Shown one piece after another: positions 29,120 through 39,332 of a stretch of DNA of 64,000 bases (the first letter of the stretch is position 1; the number at the start of each line of letters is the position of its first letter). The stretch lies in NCBI GenBank assembly GCA_016185705.1, contig JACPMZ010000007.1, positions 107,157 through 171,156 of the forward strand, in the 5' to 3' direction. The notes below the pieces were generated by a model. The model saw only the letters and a list, made by a program, of their open reading frames with translations. It was not told the DNA's origin and did not search any database. The DNA comes from Candidatus Woesearchaeota archaeon (GTDB taxonomy: Archaea > Nanobdellota > Nanobdellia > Woesearchaeales > UBA10216). The translations under genes and the position numbers were made by a program.

Positions 29120-29344
29120 TTACCTTTTATACCTGTACATGTACTGGTTTGCCCGGCCAGTGGGCCTGTACAATACCTGCTTGGACTTGCGCAGCTTGGA
29201 CAGGTTGTTTATTACAGAGCCTGTAGAAACCTTCAGGTTCTTGGCTATCTCCTTGGAGGTAAACCACTTAACCCTGAACTTTTTCAAAAAATCGCTGACT
29301 TCCTGTTGTCCCATTTTTTCTTCCCCTAAAGAATGTCTGGACAC
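29120..29344 (-). CDS. Small winged-helix DNA-binding protein
   Basis: 74 aa; FTSKEIAKNLKVSTGSVINNLSKL HTH-like segment. Confidence 0.4.
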   Translation of the reverse strand: MSRHSLGEEKMGQQEVSDFLKKFRVKWFTSKEIAKNLKVSTGSVINNLSKLRKSKQVLYRPTGRANQYMYRYKR

Positions 29345-29947
29345 TGGAGACTAGTATTTAAACCTAACGATTTAGGGGGTGCCGAAAAATGCCACTATCA
29401 GTATCGCAACCCCCAGAAATATGCCATAAATAATCAATGTTGCAACAGTCTGATAGCCCAGACATGCAAATGCCCTTTTAAGAAAACTATCGGAATTCAG
29501 CCATCCTTTGTAGCTGTGCGTGTCTGCTTTCGGCTTTTTCTCAGGCATGGGCTGGAAAATATGTTCTTATTTATAAACCTTTTTGCTGCAAAGGAGTTTG
29601 TCGACTAATTCACCTTGCTGCCTCTTGCGCTGCTTTTTCTCCCCCTTAACTTTCGAAGGAGGGCAGATAAGCAGCGCGGCAGTGAACAGGTGCGCAACAC
29701 CAAATCGACAAACTCGCTGCAAAGGATGGCTGAAGATGAAATGGCTCAAGCCGGGAAGGAACAATAGGGAAGAAAGGATAAATTTTGTTGAATACCGGGC
29801 ACACTATGTCAGAACACATCCCTGCAAGGAATGGAGCCGCCAGCAGAAAGTTCTCATCAACAGCATCATACAAAGCGCAAGGAGCGTCAGGCTCACACCA
29901 AGGCAGTATCTTGGGATAAAGGGCGAGGTTTGCAGGCGGCAGGCTGC

Positions 29948-30415
29948 TCAGGTGGTAAGCTTGGCGAGAATTTCCGTAAGATACCTTGGGCTGATGTAAT
30001 AGCCGGCTTTGACAAGCTGGCTTATTAACGTGACAGCCTCTTTTTTTGTTATAATTTTCCTTCCAACAGCCCTAATAAGCACGCTTGTTGTTCTGAGAAA
30101 ATTTATGCCTAACGCTTTGGCAGCCCTGATTGCTGCTGCATCGTCAATCAAAAGATCGTCATTACTTTCTTTCGCAAGGCTGAGTGAGGAATTCTCGCCT
30201 TTACCAAGCCCCAACTCAACAATTTGCTTAGGGTTGGCAACCATTATCCATCCTTCGTTAATGGCATCGCTTATTGAAGAATGTCCTGGTTTTCCTTCAA
30301 CCAAAACCTCATCCTTAACCACTTCTGTTACTGTAACACTGCCAAACAGCGCTTTTAGCAGCCTCAGCCGGCCAATTTTTGCAAGGCAGATGAGCGGAGT
30401 GGAATTGGCTATCAT
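29948..30415 (-). CDS. DUF3368 PIN-like nuclease toxin
   Basis: 155 aa, paired and overlapping with upstream UPF0175 gene. Confidence 0.6.
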   Translation of the reverse strand: MIANSTPLICLAKIGRLRLLKALFGSVTVTEVVKDEVLVEGKPGHSSISDAINEGWIMVANPKQIVELGLGKGENSSLSLAKESNDDLLIDDAAAIRAAKALGINFLRTTSVLIRAVGRKIITKKEAVTLISQLVKAGYYISPRYLTEILAKLTT

Positions 30416-30723
30416 TTTAGCAGCTTGAGGTCATTTTCAAGGTCTTCTTCAGAATAGCCTGTCCAGTCCAGGTTTCTTTCCTTAACGAGCTCAAGCATTT
30501 CCCACAGAGAAACACCGCATTCTTCTGCTGCCTTCCCAATCGACTTCTTATGCGCAGCAACGTCCTCAAGCGCAGCTTTTATCTTCAATTCATGTATGGA
30601 ACTGACCAGTAAACGACGCACAACTTCGCTCCTGTCAGTCTGCCATCTATTCTCCACTTCGGCCAAGTCCTTCAGGACTGATTTGTCCAGCCTAACTGAT
30701 ATTGTCGCTGCCATTGTATTCAA
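30412..30723 (-). CDS. UPF0175-family antitoxin
   Basis: 103 aa; C-terminal helix-turn-helix AAEECGVSLWEMLELVKERNL typical of UPF0175. Confidence 0.55.
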   Translation of the reverse strand: MNTMAATISVRLDKSVLKDLAEVENRWQTDRSEVVRRLLVSSIHELKIKAALEDVAAHKKSIGKAAEECGVSLWEMLELVKERNLDWTGYSEEDLENDLKLLK

Positions 30724-30797
30724 TATAATATATTGTACACATATTTAAGCTTATCGCTTTTAATGCTCTTTTGCCATAATCCGGTATCATTGAAATG

Positions 30798-32708
30798 TCA
30801 GAAACGCTGATGCGCAATCTCCTTCTTCAGCTGCTGCAGGAACGCGTCTGCTTTCACTGCGCCGAGAATCTTGTTGTCGCGGGTTCTGACAGTTACGGTG
30901 CCTGCTTTTTGCTCCCTTTCTCCAGCAACGAGAATGTAGTTTACCTTGGCTATCTCTGCTTCCCTTACCTTGTAGGGTATGGACTCTGCCCTTGTGTCGG
31001 TTTCTGCCCTGATGCCATTGTCCTTGTAGCTGGCCGCAATTTTTTCCGCGTAGCTGTTGAATCTGTCGGAAACTGAAAGGATTCTGACCTGCACAGGACT
31101 CAGCCAAAGCGGGAACTTGCCGCCGTAATGCTCAATCAGCAGGCCTATGAAGCGCTCAAAGCTGCCAATCAGTGCGCGGTGGAGCATTACAGCAGTGTGC
31201 TTCCTCCCGTCTTTGCCTTCATACTCTGCACCCATCCTGGAAGGCATCTGGAAGTCAAGCTGGATGGTGGCAAGCTGATGCTCCCTGCCCAAAGCATCCT
31301 TAACGTCAATGTCTATTTTCGGGCCGTAAAATGCGCCCTCTCCAGGCTTGATTTCGTACTTAATCTTATTCTGCTTCAGAACTTTCTCAAGGGCTGCCTC
31401 TGCCTCGTCCCACAGCTTTTTGTCTCCCATTGACTTCTCCGGCTTTGTTGACAGTTTTGCCGTGAACGGAAATTGGAAAGTGTCTGTAAAAATAAATTTG
31501 GTGAATTCAATCAGCGCATTGAGCTCAGCCATAATCTGCTCGGGCGTGCAGAAAATGTGGGAATCGTCCTGTGAGAATTTCCTCACTCTCGTGAGGCCGC
31601 CAAGGACGCCGCGCAGCTCGTTGCGGTGCAAATAGCAGAAATCAGCGTAGCGAATAGGAAGCTCCTTGTAGCTCCTTGCCCGGGAATTAAAGATAAGCAC
31701 GTGGCTGGGGCAGTTCATGGGCTTCAAACTAAAATCTGCGTCATCAACCTTCAGCAAAAACATGTTCTCGCGGTAGTGCTGCCAGTGGCCTGACTGCTCC
31801 CACAGCTCTTTGTTGAACATTTGCGGAGTAATAACCTCCTGATAGCTGCGTTTCCAGTATTCGCTGCGGATGAAGTCCAGCAGCAAATTGTAGATAACAG
31901 TGCCTTTCGGCAGGAAGAATGGGCTGCCGGGGCTCCAGTCGTGGAACATAAAGAGCTCAAGCTGCTTGCCGAGCCGGCGGTGGTCGTTTTTTTCTGCAAG
32001 CTCAAGCTGCTTATTGTAGTCGTTCAGCATCTTTCTGTCAGGAAACGCAACGCCGTAAATTCTTTGCAGCTCATCGTTCTTCTGATTGCCGCGCCAGTAA
32101 GCAGAGGAAAGCTTAGTCAGCTTTATTGCCTTAATGCTGCCGGTAGAAGGCGCATGCGGACCGCGGCAAAGGTCAACGAATTCGCCCTGCCTGTAAGCTG
32201 TTATGCTTTTGCCCTTTGCTTCCTCATCAATGATTTCCAGCTTGTACTTGTTGTCCCTGAACAGCTTTTTCGCTTCAGCAACTGATAATTCCGTCCTCTT
32301 TACCTGATGGTTTTCCACAGCAATTTTATGCATCTCACCCTCAATCTTTTTCAGGTCGTCAGGATGAAAGGGGTCGTGGGCTATGTCGTAGTAAAAGCCG
32401 CCCTCTATGGCCGGGCCTATTGTCAGGCGCGATTTCGGGTATAAGCGCAATACTGCCTGAGCCAAAAGATGGGCTGCAGAGTGCCAGAAAACCTGCTTTC
32501 CCTGGGCGCTGTCAAAAGTGTGCACCTTAAAAGCAGAGTCTTTCGTGAGAGCAGAGGACAAGTCAACAAGAACGCCATCCACTTCAGCAACTACAGCATC
32601 TGCAGCCAAGCGCCTGCCAATGGCCTCGGCAACCTTCATCGCAGTGATTCCGGAAGGGAACTGCTTTTTACTGCCGTCAGGCAGTGTTATTATAATTTTT
32701 TTTGGCAT
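30798..32708 (-). CDS. thrS: Threonine--tRNA ligase
   Basis: TGS/editing N-terminus, class II motifs, anticodon-binding C-terminus; 636 aa. Confidence 0.95.
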   Translation of the reverse strand: MPKKIIITLPDGSKKQFPSGITAMKVAEAIGRRLAADAVVAEVDGVLVDLSSALTKDSAFKVHTFDSAQGKQVFWHSAAHLLAQAVLRLYPKSRLTIGPAIEGGFYYDIAHDPFHPDDLKKIEGEMHKIAVENHQVKRTELSVAEAKKLFRDNKYKLEIIDEEAKGKSITAYRQGEFVDLCRGPHAPSTGSIKAIKLTKLSSAYWRGNQKNDELQRIYGVAFPDRKMLNDYNKQLELAEKNDHRRLGKQLELFMFHDWSPGSPFFLPKGTVIYNLLLDFIRSEYWKRSYQEVITPQMFNKELWEQSGHWQHYRENMFLLKVDDADFSLKPMNCPSHVLIFNSRARSYKELPIRYADFCYLHRNELRGVLGGLTRVRKFSQDDSHIFCTPEQIMAELNALIEFTKFIFTDTFQFPFTAKLSTKPEKSMGDKKLWDEAEAALEKVLKQNKIKYEIKPGEGAFYGPKIDIDVKDALGREHQLATIQLDFQMPSRMGAEYEGKDGRKHTAVMLHRALIGSFERFIGLLIEHYGGKFPLWLSPVQVRILSVSDRFNSYAEKIAASYKDNGIRAETDTRAESIPYKVREAEIAKVNYILVAGEREQKAGTVTVRTRDNKILGAVKADAFLQQLKKEIAHQRF

Positions 32709-32940
32709 TGGCGAATCACCGTTTAAGTCAGTATAAATATGTTTTTGTCAAGAACACCTCACCAATGGCTGGGTCGTGTTCTTGAGCATGCTCAGAAACC
32801 GCTTCTGGCGATTTCTGACATGTCAGAAAAATGAATGGCTTACGCTGTGGTGGTAGAAGTCTGGATTTGGATGCAATTCATCTTAATCGCAGTAGAAGCT
32901 GTTGGGGTTTTTATGCATTGCTATATGCTTTATATGCGAG

Positions 32941-33756
32941 CTATTTGTGTGCGGCTTCTGCAGGTTCTCTTTTTCTAGAATATCCTCTTTCCCGCATGTC
33001 GCCTGATTTAAGGTATGTTACGATATCGGCAATAAGTACACTAGTGTCCTTAGTGTAAGGATGATCAGGGTGCTTCAAGCCAGCTTTGTCGAATTTTGGC
33101 TTAAGAAGGTCTGCCAGTTCCATTCTGTCATCTTCTGTGAACAAATCCTGTGTAGCACGTTGTTCAAGGTTTGTGCGGTACATGGTGCGCGAATTATCTG
33201 CTAAAGTACGCATCCTGCTCAAAGCCTGCGCTTTGGTTTTCCCCCTAAAGCTTCTAAGATAAGTATCCTCAAGCGGATTCAGTCGTCTTCCGGTCTGAGG
33301 GTCAATGTGGTGTTGTGCGAATAACTGACCTTTTAGGCTTCTTATTTCATCTTCCGTAAGTCCCGCTTTCTTTGCTTTCTCAATGCGCTCCTTGAAATCA
33401 GTGATTATTCTGCTAAGCGCTTTATCGACATAATGTTCCATAATGCTAGTAGCTTCGTCTTTCGTCAGCTTGGTGCTTGACTTCTTGTCTTTAAAAACCT
33501 CCTCGATATGGGCCACTCCTGCATGGTAAGAACCTGTTTTCTCATCGTCCGATTTCCCTGTTGGGTTACCGTTTACGACATGCTCAGCGTGCTGTTCAAA
33601 AAGCTCGTCAATTTCGTTTTCAGGATCAGTCTTTTCCTCAAGAGCTTTCATGCGCTCCTCAAGTGGCTCATTAATGTAGCTGCGCATGTACTTAATAACC
33701 TCATGCGCACCCTTTTCCCTTGCTGCCTCAATGGTCACTTTCTTTTCCTTAGCCAT
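32941..33756 (-). CDS. Hypothetical charged helical protein (271 aa)
   Basis: Long ORF, divergent from the NTase-fusion gene. Confidence 0.45.
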   Translation of the reverse strand: MAKEKKVTIEAAREKGAHEVIKYMRSYINEPLEERMKALEEKTDPENEIDELFEQHAEHVVNGNPTGKSDDEKTGSYHAGVAHIEEVFKDKKSSTKLTKDEATSIMEHYVDKALSRIITDFKERIEKAKKAGLTEDEIRSLKGQLFAQHHIDPQTGRRLNPLEDTYLRSFRGKTKAQALSRMRTLADNSRTMYRTNLEQRATQDLFTEDDRMELADLLKPKFDKAGLKHPDHPYTKDTSVLIADIVTYLKSGDMRERGYSRKREPAEAAHK

Positions 33757-33873
33757 GCCCTGCTTTTATCCTATCGCATTTATAAACTTTTTTGCTCTGC
33801 GCAGGTTGGATGCGTCTCCAGCCGGTTGTGAACAGCGTTCTGCAAAGCTTTATAAACATCTGCTGACCACGTT

Positions 33874-35880
33874 TTGTTGTTAAAAATGGCCAAAAAGAAG
33901 AGCAAGGATTACGCTGCTCCTGAGCCGGGCAAAGCAAATGTTCAGGACGAGTTTTCCAGAATTGCTGCGAACCTGCCGAAGGATGCGCAGGCCAAGCTTA
34001 AAGAGATTAAGAAAAGTCTGGACAAGTTCAAGGAGCAGCTTCTGAAGAAGTTTGACAAATACATTATTGGCATTGCATTGCTGCCTCCGAAGCTGAGCGA
34101 GCAGCAGCTTGCAGCTTTGCCGCCGGAGATGCAGATGGCAGCAATGCAGCAGCCGCAGCACGTTTCCCTGCAGCCGCAGATGCCTCAGATGCCTGCAGCT
34201 CCTGTTTCCGGATTACCTACAACAGCTGCGCCTCTGCAAATGCCGGCTCCAGCAGCTCCGCCAAAAGATGCCATTAATATAGTTGTCCTTGTAGATGACT
34301 CAGACAGCAAAAAGATGGCGAAGTTTGAACTGAAGAACAAGCTTACCGCCATAATAATTGAGATTGCGAAGGGCATTGACAAAAAAATAATCCCGCAAAC
34401 CCTTATCCTGTCCGAGCTGTGGCAGAGCTGCTATGATACAAAATATGATTTGCTGAGAATGATCGCCTACTCAGCGCCGTTCTACGATACAGGAATGATT
34501 GCGGCAATAAAAATATCTGAAGTGCACAAGGAAATGGTGCTGAAAAAGTTTGAGAAATACATCGTAAGTTACGTATTGGCAGGCTCGCTGATTCAGGGCA
34601 AGGCAACTGCAAAGTCAGACATTGACGTATTTATCGTAGTGGACGATACTGATGTCAAGCGCATGACGCGCGCTGAGCTCAAGGACAAGCTCCGGGCAAT
34701 AATAATCGGCATGGGCATAGAAGCAGGGGATGCGACAGGCATCAAAAACAAATTAAACGTGCAGGTTTACATTTTAACAGACTTCTGGGACAGCGTAAAG
34801 GAGGCAAACCCGATAATATTTACGTTCTTAAGGGACGGCGTTCCACTGTACGACCGCGGAACGTTCATGCCGTGGAAGCAGCTGCTGCAGATGGGAAGAA
34901 TCAAGCCGAGCAGCGAAGCAATTGATTTGTACATGAGTTCAGGCGACCAGCTGATAAGCAGGGTGAAGTACAAGCTCAAGGAGATTGGCATGGAGGACAC
35001 ATTTTGGGCAATACTGACGCCAACGCAGGCAGCCATAATGCTTTACGGAGTGCCGCCGCCAACTCCGAAAGAAACTCCGGACGTGCTTCGCGATATTTTT
35101 GTAAAAAAGGAAAAGCTGCTGGAGGAAGAATACGTCAAAATACTGGAAAGAAACATCCAGCTTCGCAAGGATTTGGAGCACGGCGACAAAAAAGAGCTGA
35201 CAGGAGCAGAAGCTGATAAGGTGCTGAGCGATTCTGAGAAATACCTGAAGCGGCTCGACAAGCTGTTCAAAGACCTGCAGAAAATAAAGGAGGAGGAAGG
35301 CGTTGTGCAGACCTACGACCGAGTAATAACCGTAATCAGGGACGTGCTTCGGCTGGAAGGAATAGAAAAGGTGAGCGACGTTGAGCTTATAACGATATTC
35401 GAGGACGAGCTCATCAGCAAGGGCAAAATGCCTGCCAAATTCCTGAGGATGCTGAACGGCATACTGAAGGCAAAGCAGGACTACGATGCAGGAAAGCTGA
35501 CGAAAGCAGAGGTGCACAAAATAAAAAAAGACTCGGACGAGATAATCCGCTACTTAATAGAGCACATGCAGCGCAAGCGCGGCAAAGAGCTGGAAAAAGC
35601 AAAGATTCGCGTAAAGCACGGCAACAGGTTCGGAGAAGTTATGCTGATAGGGAGCGACGTGTTCATTATCCACGATGTGGACCATGAAGAAAAAGAAATA
35701 TCGAGAGGCAAGCTCTCTGAGTCTGGCGCAATAACTTCTGTAAAGCGCTCCACCCTCGACGAGCTGGAAAAAGTGCTTGCAAACACAGAAATACCTCCCA
35801 AAGTTTTCATCAAAGAAAAAATATTTGAAGACCTGAAAGCAATCTTTGGGAAGGATGTAGAGATACTTGTAAACAACTAA
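33874..35880 (+). CDS. Large fusion protein: tandem minimal nucleotidyltransferase domains (first degenerate, with Q/P-rich insert) + helical HEPN-like region (R-x4-H)
   Basis: GSLIQGKATAKSDIDVFIVVDD (canonical Pol-beta NTase motif) preceded by a diverged repeat KYIIGIALLPPK...DAINIVVLVDD; LRKDLEHG motif downstream. Confidence 0.6.
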   Translation: MLLKMAKKKSKDYAAPEPGKANVQDEFSRIAANLPKDAQAKLKEIKKSLDKFKEQLLKKFDKYIIGIALLPPKLSEQQLAALPPEMQMAAMQQPQHVSLQPQMPQMPAAPVSGLPTTAAPLQMPAPAAPPKDAINIVVLVDDSDSKKMAKFELKNKLTAIIIEIAKGIDKKIIPQTLILSELWQSCYDTKYDLLRMIAYSAPFYDTGMIAAIKISEVHKEMVLKKFEKYIVSYVLAGSLIQGKATAKSDIDVFIVVDDTDVKRMTRAELKDKLRAIIIGMGIEAGDATGIKNKLNVQVYILTDFWDSVKEANPIIFTFLRDGVPLYDRGTFMPWKQLLQMGRIKPSSEAIDLYMSSGDQLISRVKYKLKEIGMEDTFWAILTPTQAAIMLYGVPPPTPKETPDVLRDIFVKKEKLLEEEYVKILERNIQLRKDLEHGDKKELTGAEADKVLSDSEKYLKRLDKLFKDLQKIKEEEGVVQTYDRVITVIRDVLRLEGIEKVSDVELITIFEDELISKGKMPAKFLRMLNGILKAKQDYDAGKLTKAEVHKIKKDSDEIIRYLIEHMQRKRGKELEKAKIRVKHGNRFGEVMLIGSDVFIIHDVDHEEKEISRGKLSESGAITSVKRSTLDELEKVLANTEIPPKVFIKEKIFEDLKAIFGKDVEILVNN

Positions 35881-36224
35881 ATTTCCAAATCGCTATCCTG
35901 CACGTATTCTTTCCCAAGCTTAATGGAAACTTCCGCTTTCAGCGTTTCCCTGCCGAGATAAGCTGCGTGGTCAAGTCTTGAAACTGCGCCTGATTTCAGG
36001 ATTGCCTGGCATAATTGTTTTGCGCCATCTCCTGCCCACTTCTTCAGAATTACGTTGTTCTGCCTGCAGAGGCCGACTTCTATCCTCTTTGTTTCAGGAT
36101 TTATGCGGATGAGAAAATATCCCTTCGGATCGTAATTAAATTCATCAGCATCATACGCTTTGGCTGCGTCTATTTCCTCCATGCCGCTGCTGAAAGAGAC
36201 TTCCGGTTTTGGTATTTTTGCCAT
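35877..36224 (-). CDS. Hypothetical protein (115 aa)
   Basis: ORF with 4-nt overlap to upstream gene end; GYFLIRINPETKRIEVG motif, family uncertain. Confidence 0.4.
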   Translation of the reverse strand: MAKIPKPEVSFSSGMEEIDAAKAYDADEFNYDPKGYFLIRINPETKRIEVGLCRQNNVILKKWAGDGAKQLCQAILKSGAVSRLDHAAYLGRETLKAEVSIKLGKEYVQDSDLEI

Positions 36225-36341
36225 GAAAATGGGAAATTGAAAGCGTTAATAAAGATTGCTGCTTTGAAGACGCTTGGCCGCTTTTTTTCCCCCCATTAAA
36301 AATCATGGGAGGCAATAAAAAGCACAGGTGCGAGAAAAACA

Positions 36342-36815
36342 TTAACCCTTAGAACCATAATCCTTGCTTGATGGGCCTGAAACAGAATAATCCTGCTGCC
36401 CCTGCCCTGATGCCGAGTAAGTTTTTGCCGGCGAGCCGTCTGCTTCGTACGCTTTCAGCTGCACGCCTTCCTTAAGGCCTGCAGCTGTTACTGAAAACAG
36501 CTGCCCGCAGCTGCAGCCGGCCATAACCGGCTTCTTTTTTTCTGCAGGTTCGTCCATGCTTTGTTGCCGGGGAGAATCGCTGCTGCTGCTATTCTTATTA
36601 GCATCCTCATTGGAAAAATTAGCAGTAGCTGCGTTGCTCTGAGTTTTCATCTTCCACTCCTGCTCTTCCTCAATTATTCTGCGCTCAAAATCGCTTTCGC
36701 TAATCGGAGCTATGACCACGTCTGTGCCGTCATCATGGTGGTGGCGGGTTTCAATAAGTTTAATGGTATCCTTAAGCTGCTTTTCCCTTATTGCGTCAGA
36801 GATTCCGTCTTTCAT
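36342..36815 (-). CDS. Hypothetical protein with Ser/Gln-rich low-complexity C-terminus
   Basis: Translationally coupled (TAACATG) to upstream zinc-ribbon ORF. Confidence 0.4.
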   Translation of the reverse strand: MKDGISDAIREKQLKDTIKLIETRHHHDDGTDVVIAPISESDFERRIIEEEQEWKMKTQSNAATANFSNEDANKNSSSSDSPRQQSMDEPAEKKKPVMAGCSCGQLFSVTAAGLKEGVQLKAYEADGSPAKTYSASGQGQQDYSVSGPSSKDYGSKG

Positions 36816-36816
36816 G

Positions 36817-37002
36817 TTACAAGTCGCTGCAGTCAGTTTTGAAACCGCAGTTAGGGCAGATGTAAGTGCAGTGCACCCTCTTAATTGTCGTTCCGCACAT
36901 AATGCATTCCTCAGGGCTCACGCTTAAAACATTTTGCACATATAAAGCCAATATGCGGAGTTTTATTAATTTATCGCTGGACCGCTTAAGCACTCGCCGC
37001 AC
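36817..37002 (-). CDS. Zinc-ribbon protein (61 aa, CxxC...CxxC)
   Basis: ECIMCGTTIKRVHCTYICPNCG. Confidence 0.4.
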   Translation of the reverse strand: MRRVLKRSSDKLIKLRILALYVQNVLSVSPEECIMCGTTIKRVHCTYICPNCGFKTDCSDL

Positions 37003-37113
37003 TCCTTATTTTCTCCCTCCCCTGACTTTAGGGGAGAAAATAAAGAGCAATGAAGTGCGTTTTTGGATACGGACAGCGAAAGTTTTATATAAGCTCTTCC
37101 CCCTTTTTGCTGC

Positions 37114-37758
37114 ATGGCTGAAGGTGCGAAAGGATTATTTGCGCGGTTCCGAAAGAAGAAAGAGGAAAAGCCCGCTGATAAAAAAGGGCCAATTGAGATT
37201 CATGAGCCGCACGCACCTGCTTACAGCGAAAGCATTGGCAAGCTGTTCCCTACAAGAATAAAATACCGCGGGCTTTATGACCTGGATGGCCTGTACAGGC
37301 TGATGTCAAACTGGCTGAGGCAGAGGCGCTACCGCGTATATGAAACTCTTTACAAGTCCAAGCCGCCTGAGCTTGAAATAAGGTGGACTGCTGAAAGGGA
37401 AAAGTCAGGGTTTGTGATGGAAGTCATTACAATTTACTACCACAGCTACGGGGAATATGATGTTGACGTTGTAATCAACGGCAGGAAGAAGAAGATGACA
37501 AACGCTAGGATGATTCTGACCTTGGGCGGTGACATAAAGGCGCCTTACGAAGACATATTCGGAAGGCCCCGGTGGACTGCAAACGCAACTGAGCGAAGAC
37601 TGCTAAACCTCTTCCGGAACTGGTTTGTCAAAAGGGATTTGGAATCAGTTTACTGGGATACATTGTATTATGAACTGCAGAAATTCCAGGGAGCCATAAA
37701 GGATTTCCTCAGAATGGAAGCAAAAGGAAACATTTACGAATCCAAGCCGAGTGAATAA
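37114..37758 (+). CDS. Hypothetical protein, paralog 1 of a tandem pair
   Basis: Shares Y.GL....L..L...WL...., KK(M/I)...R / G.V.M motifs with downstream gene. Confidence 0.5.
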   Translation: MAEGAKGLFARFRKKKEEKPADKKGPIEIHEPHAPAYSESIGKLFPTRIKYRGLYDLDGLYRLMSNWLRQRRYRVYETLYKSKPPELEIRWTAEREKSGFVMEVITIYYHSYGEYDVDVVINGRKKKMTNARMILTLGGDIKAPYEDIFGRPRWTANATERRLLNLFRNWFVKRDLESVYWDTLYYELQKFQGAIKDFLRMEAKGNIYESKPSE

Positions 37759-37760
37759 AA

Positions 37761-38300
37761 ATGTCGGAAAGAAGATTGGTTGTGGACCACATGCGCCTGA
37801 AGTACGAAGGGCTGTTCAGCGCATTCGAGCTGTACAAACTTATTGATAACTGGCTGAGGGAGAAAGCGTTTGACAGGAGAGAGCTGCGAAACGAGGAGCA
37901 TGTGCGTCCTGATGGAAAATACGTTGAGCTTGTGCTGATGCCGTGGAAAAAGATAACTGACTACGCACGCCACGTAATACGGCTGGAGATAAGGATGCAT
38001 AAGCTGAAGGAAGTCGTGGTTGAGAAAGACGGCCAGCGCATGAAAATGAACCAGGGCAGGGTGGACATGATAATAGATGCGTACCTTGATACGGATTATG
38101 AGGACCGGTGGGAGCAGAAGCCGTTTTACTTCTTCATGCGCACGCTGTTTGACAAATTCATATACCGGACGTACTCAACCCAGTTTGAAGAATTGCTTGT
38201 GGAGAATGTTCATCAGCTGCACACAGCCATCAAGTCGTTTCTGAACCTGTACAAATACGAGTTTGAGCCGATGACATTGCCTGAAATGACTAAGCTGTGA
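37761..38300 (+). CDS. Hypothetical protein, paralog 2 of tandem pair
   Basis: 2-nt spacing from paralog 1; homologous core. Confidence 0.5.
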   Translation: MSERRLVVDHMRLKYEGLFSAFELYKLIDNWLREKAFDRRELRNEEHVRPDGKYVELVLMPWKKITDYARHVIRLEIRMHKLKEVVVEKDGQRMKMNQGRVDMIIDAYLDTDYEDRWEQKPFYFFMRTLFDKFIYRTYSTQFEELLVENVHQLHTAIKSFLNLYKYEFEPMTLPEMTKL

Positions 38301-38472
38301 TTGTTTTTTCTATTGCATGTCAGTAGGGCAATGCTGTTCTTAACAGCAACGGCTTTGCAAGCAGAGGGGAAGCAAAAAGAAATCTGGAGATATTTAAAAT
38401 GCTGCACAAGTTGGCGTAAGAATGCGGGCAGCGGAAATCCGATGGTTTCCTGGTCTGCATTTAGTTCGTAAA

Positions 38473-38569
38473 TGCGGGGGACGTGATTCGAACACGCGCA
38501 ACCACTAAGGTACAGGATTGCTTCTGAAACTTAAGTCCTGCGCTTTTGACCAGACTCAGCCACCCCCGC
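38473..38569 (-). tRNA. tRNA-Leu (anticodon UAA) with putative 11-nt intron at canonical 37/38 position
   Basis: 7-bp acceptor GCGGGGG/CCCCCGC, 3-bp D-stem, anticodon stem CAGGA/TCCTG, long variable arm, T-arm GCGTG-TTCGAAT-CACGT. Confidence 0.6.
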
Positions 38570-38792
38570 ATAGCGGCATTGCTTCAGGCATTGTTTATAA
38601 ATTTTTGTGGTGTGTGAAGTCAGCTCCTCAAGTATCTGCCTTTATCCTGCCAACTCAAATTCCAATCCCCCAACTCAATTTCACGCTGCGCTGCTTTTTT
38701 TCCCTCCCCTAAAATTTAAGGGGAGGAAAAAAAGCAGCGGGGACCCTTACATTTGCGAAAGTCTAATAAGCCAGTGCAGTAATTGTGTGTGA

Positions 38793-39332
38793 ATGGCAGA
38801 TATTCTCGGCTGGGGCTCAGGGACTTTGATTGTTATTGCAGTCCGGCTTCTCGTGCCTTTAACAATATTCTGGAAACCGCTTCCTGGCGCAATACTGTCT
38901 GTGCTGGCAGACACTTTTGACGTGGTCCTGCTTACACTTATCGGCAGAGGCTTTTTCCCTGACTACACCAAATTTGACAAGGCGCTGGACTGGTACTTCA
39001 TGCTTTTTATGATGGTGAAGTCGTGGCAGTGGGAGCCGCTGGCAAAATGGACGGCTGCTGCACTGTTTGGCTGGCGAACAGCTGGAGTGGCACTGATTGA
39101 AGCAACAGGAACGCGGCAGCTTCTGTTTGTTTTTCCCAACCTTTTTATCCTGTGGTGGTTTTTCAACCAGATAAGGATGCAGTATGCGCCTAATTTTAAG
39201 CTTACACCCAAGCGCGTCATTGCTGCGCTGCTGATACTGCTCATTCCAAAACTTGCCCAGGAATATTACCTGCACATTTTCCAAGCACAGCCCTGGACAT
39301 GGATTCAGGAGCACATTTTAAGAATTAAGTAG
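38793..39332 (+). CDS. Hypothetical membrane protein (Trp-rich, 4-5 TM)
   Basis: Hydrophobicity pattern. Confidence 0.5.
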   Translation: MADILGWGSGTLIVIAVRLLVPLTIFWKPLPGAILSVLADTFDVVLLTLIGRGFFPDYTKFDKALDWYFMLFMMVKSWQWEPLAKWTAAALFGWRTAGVALIEATGTRQLLFVFPNLFILWWFFNQIRMQYAPNFKLTPKRVIAALLILLIPKLAQEYYLHIFQAQPWTWIQEHILRIK

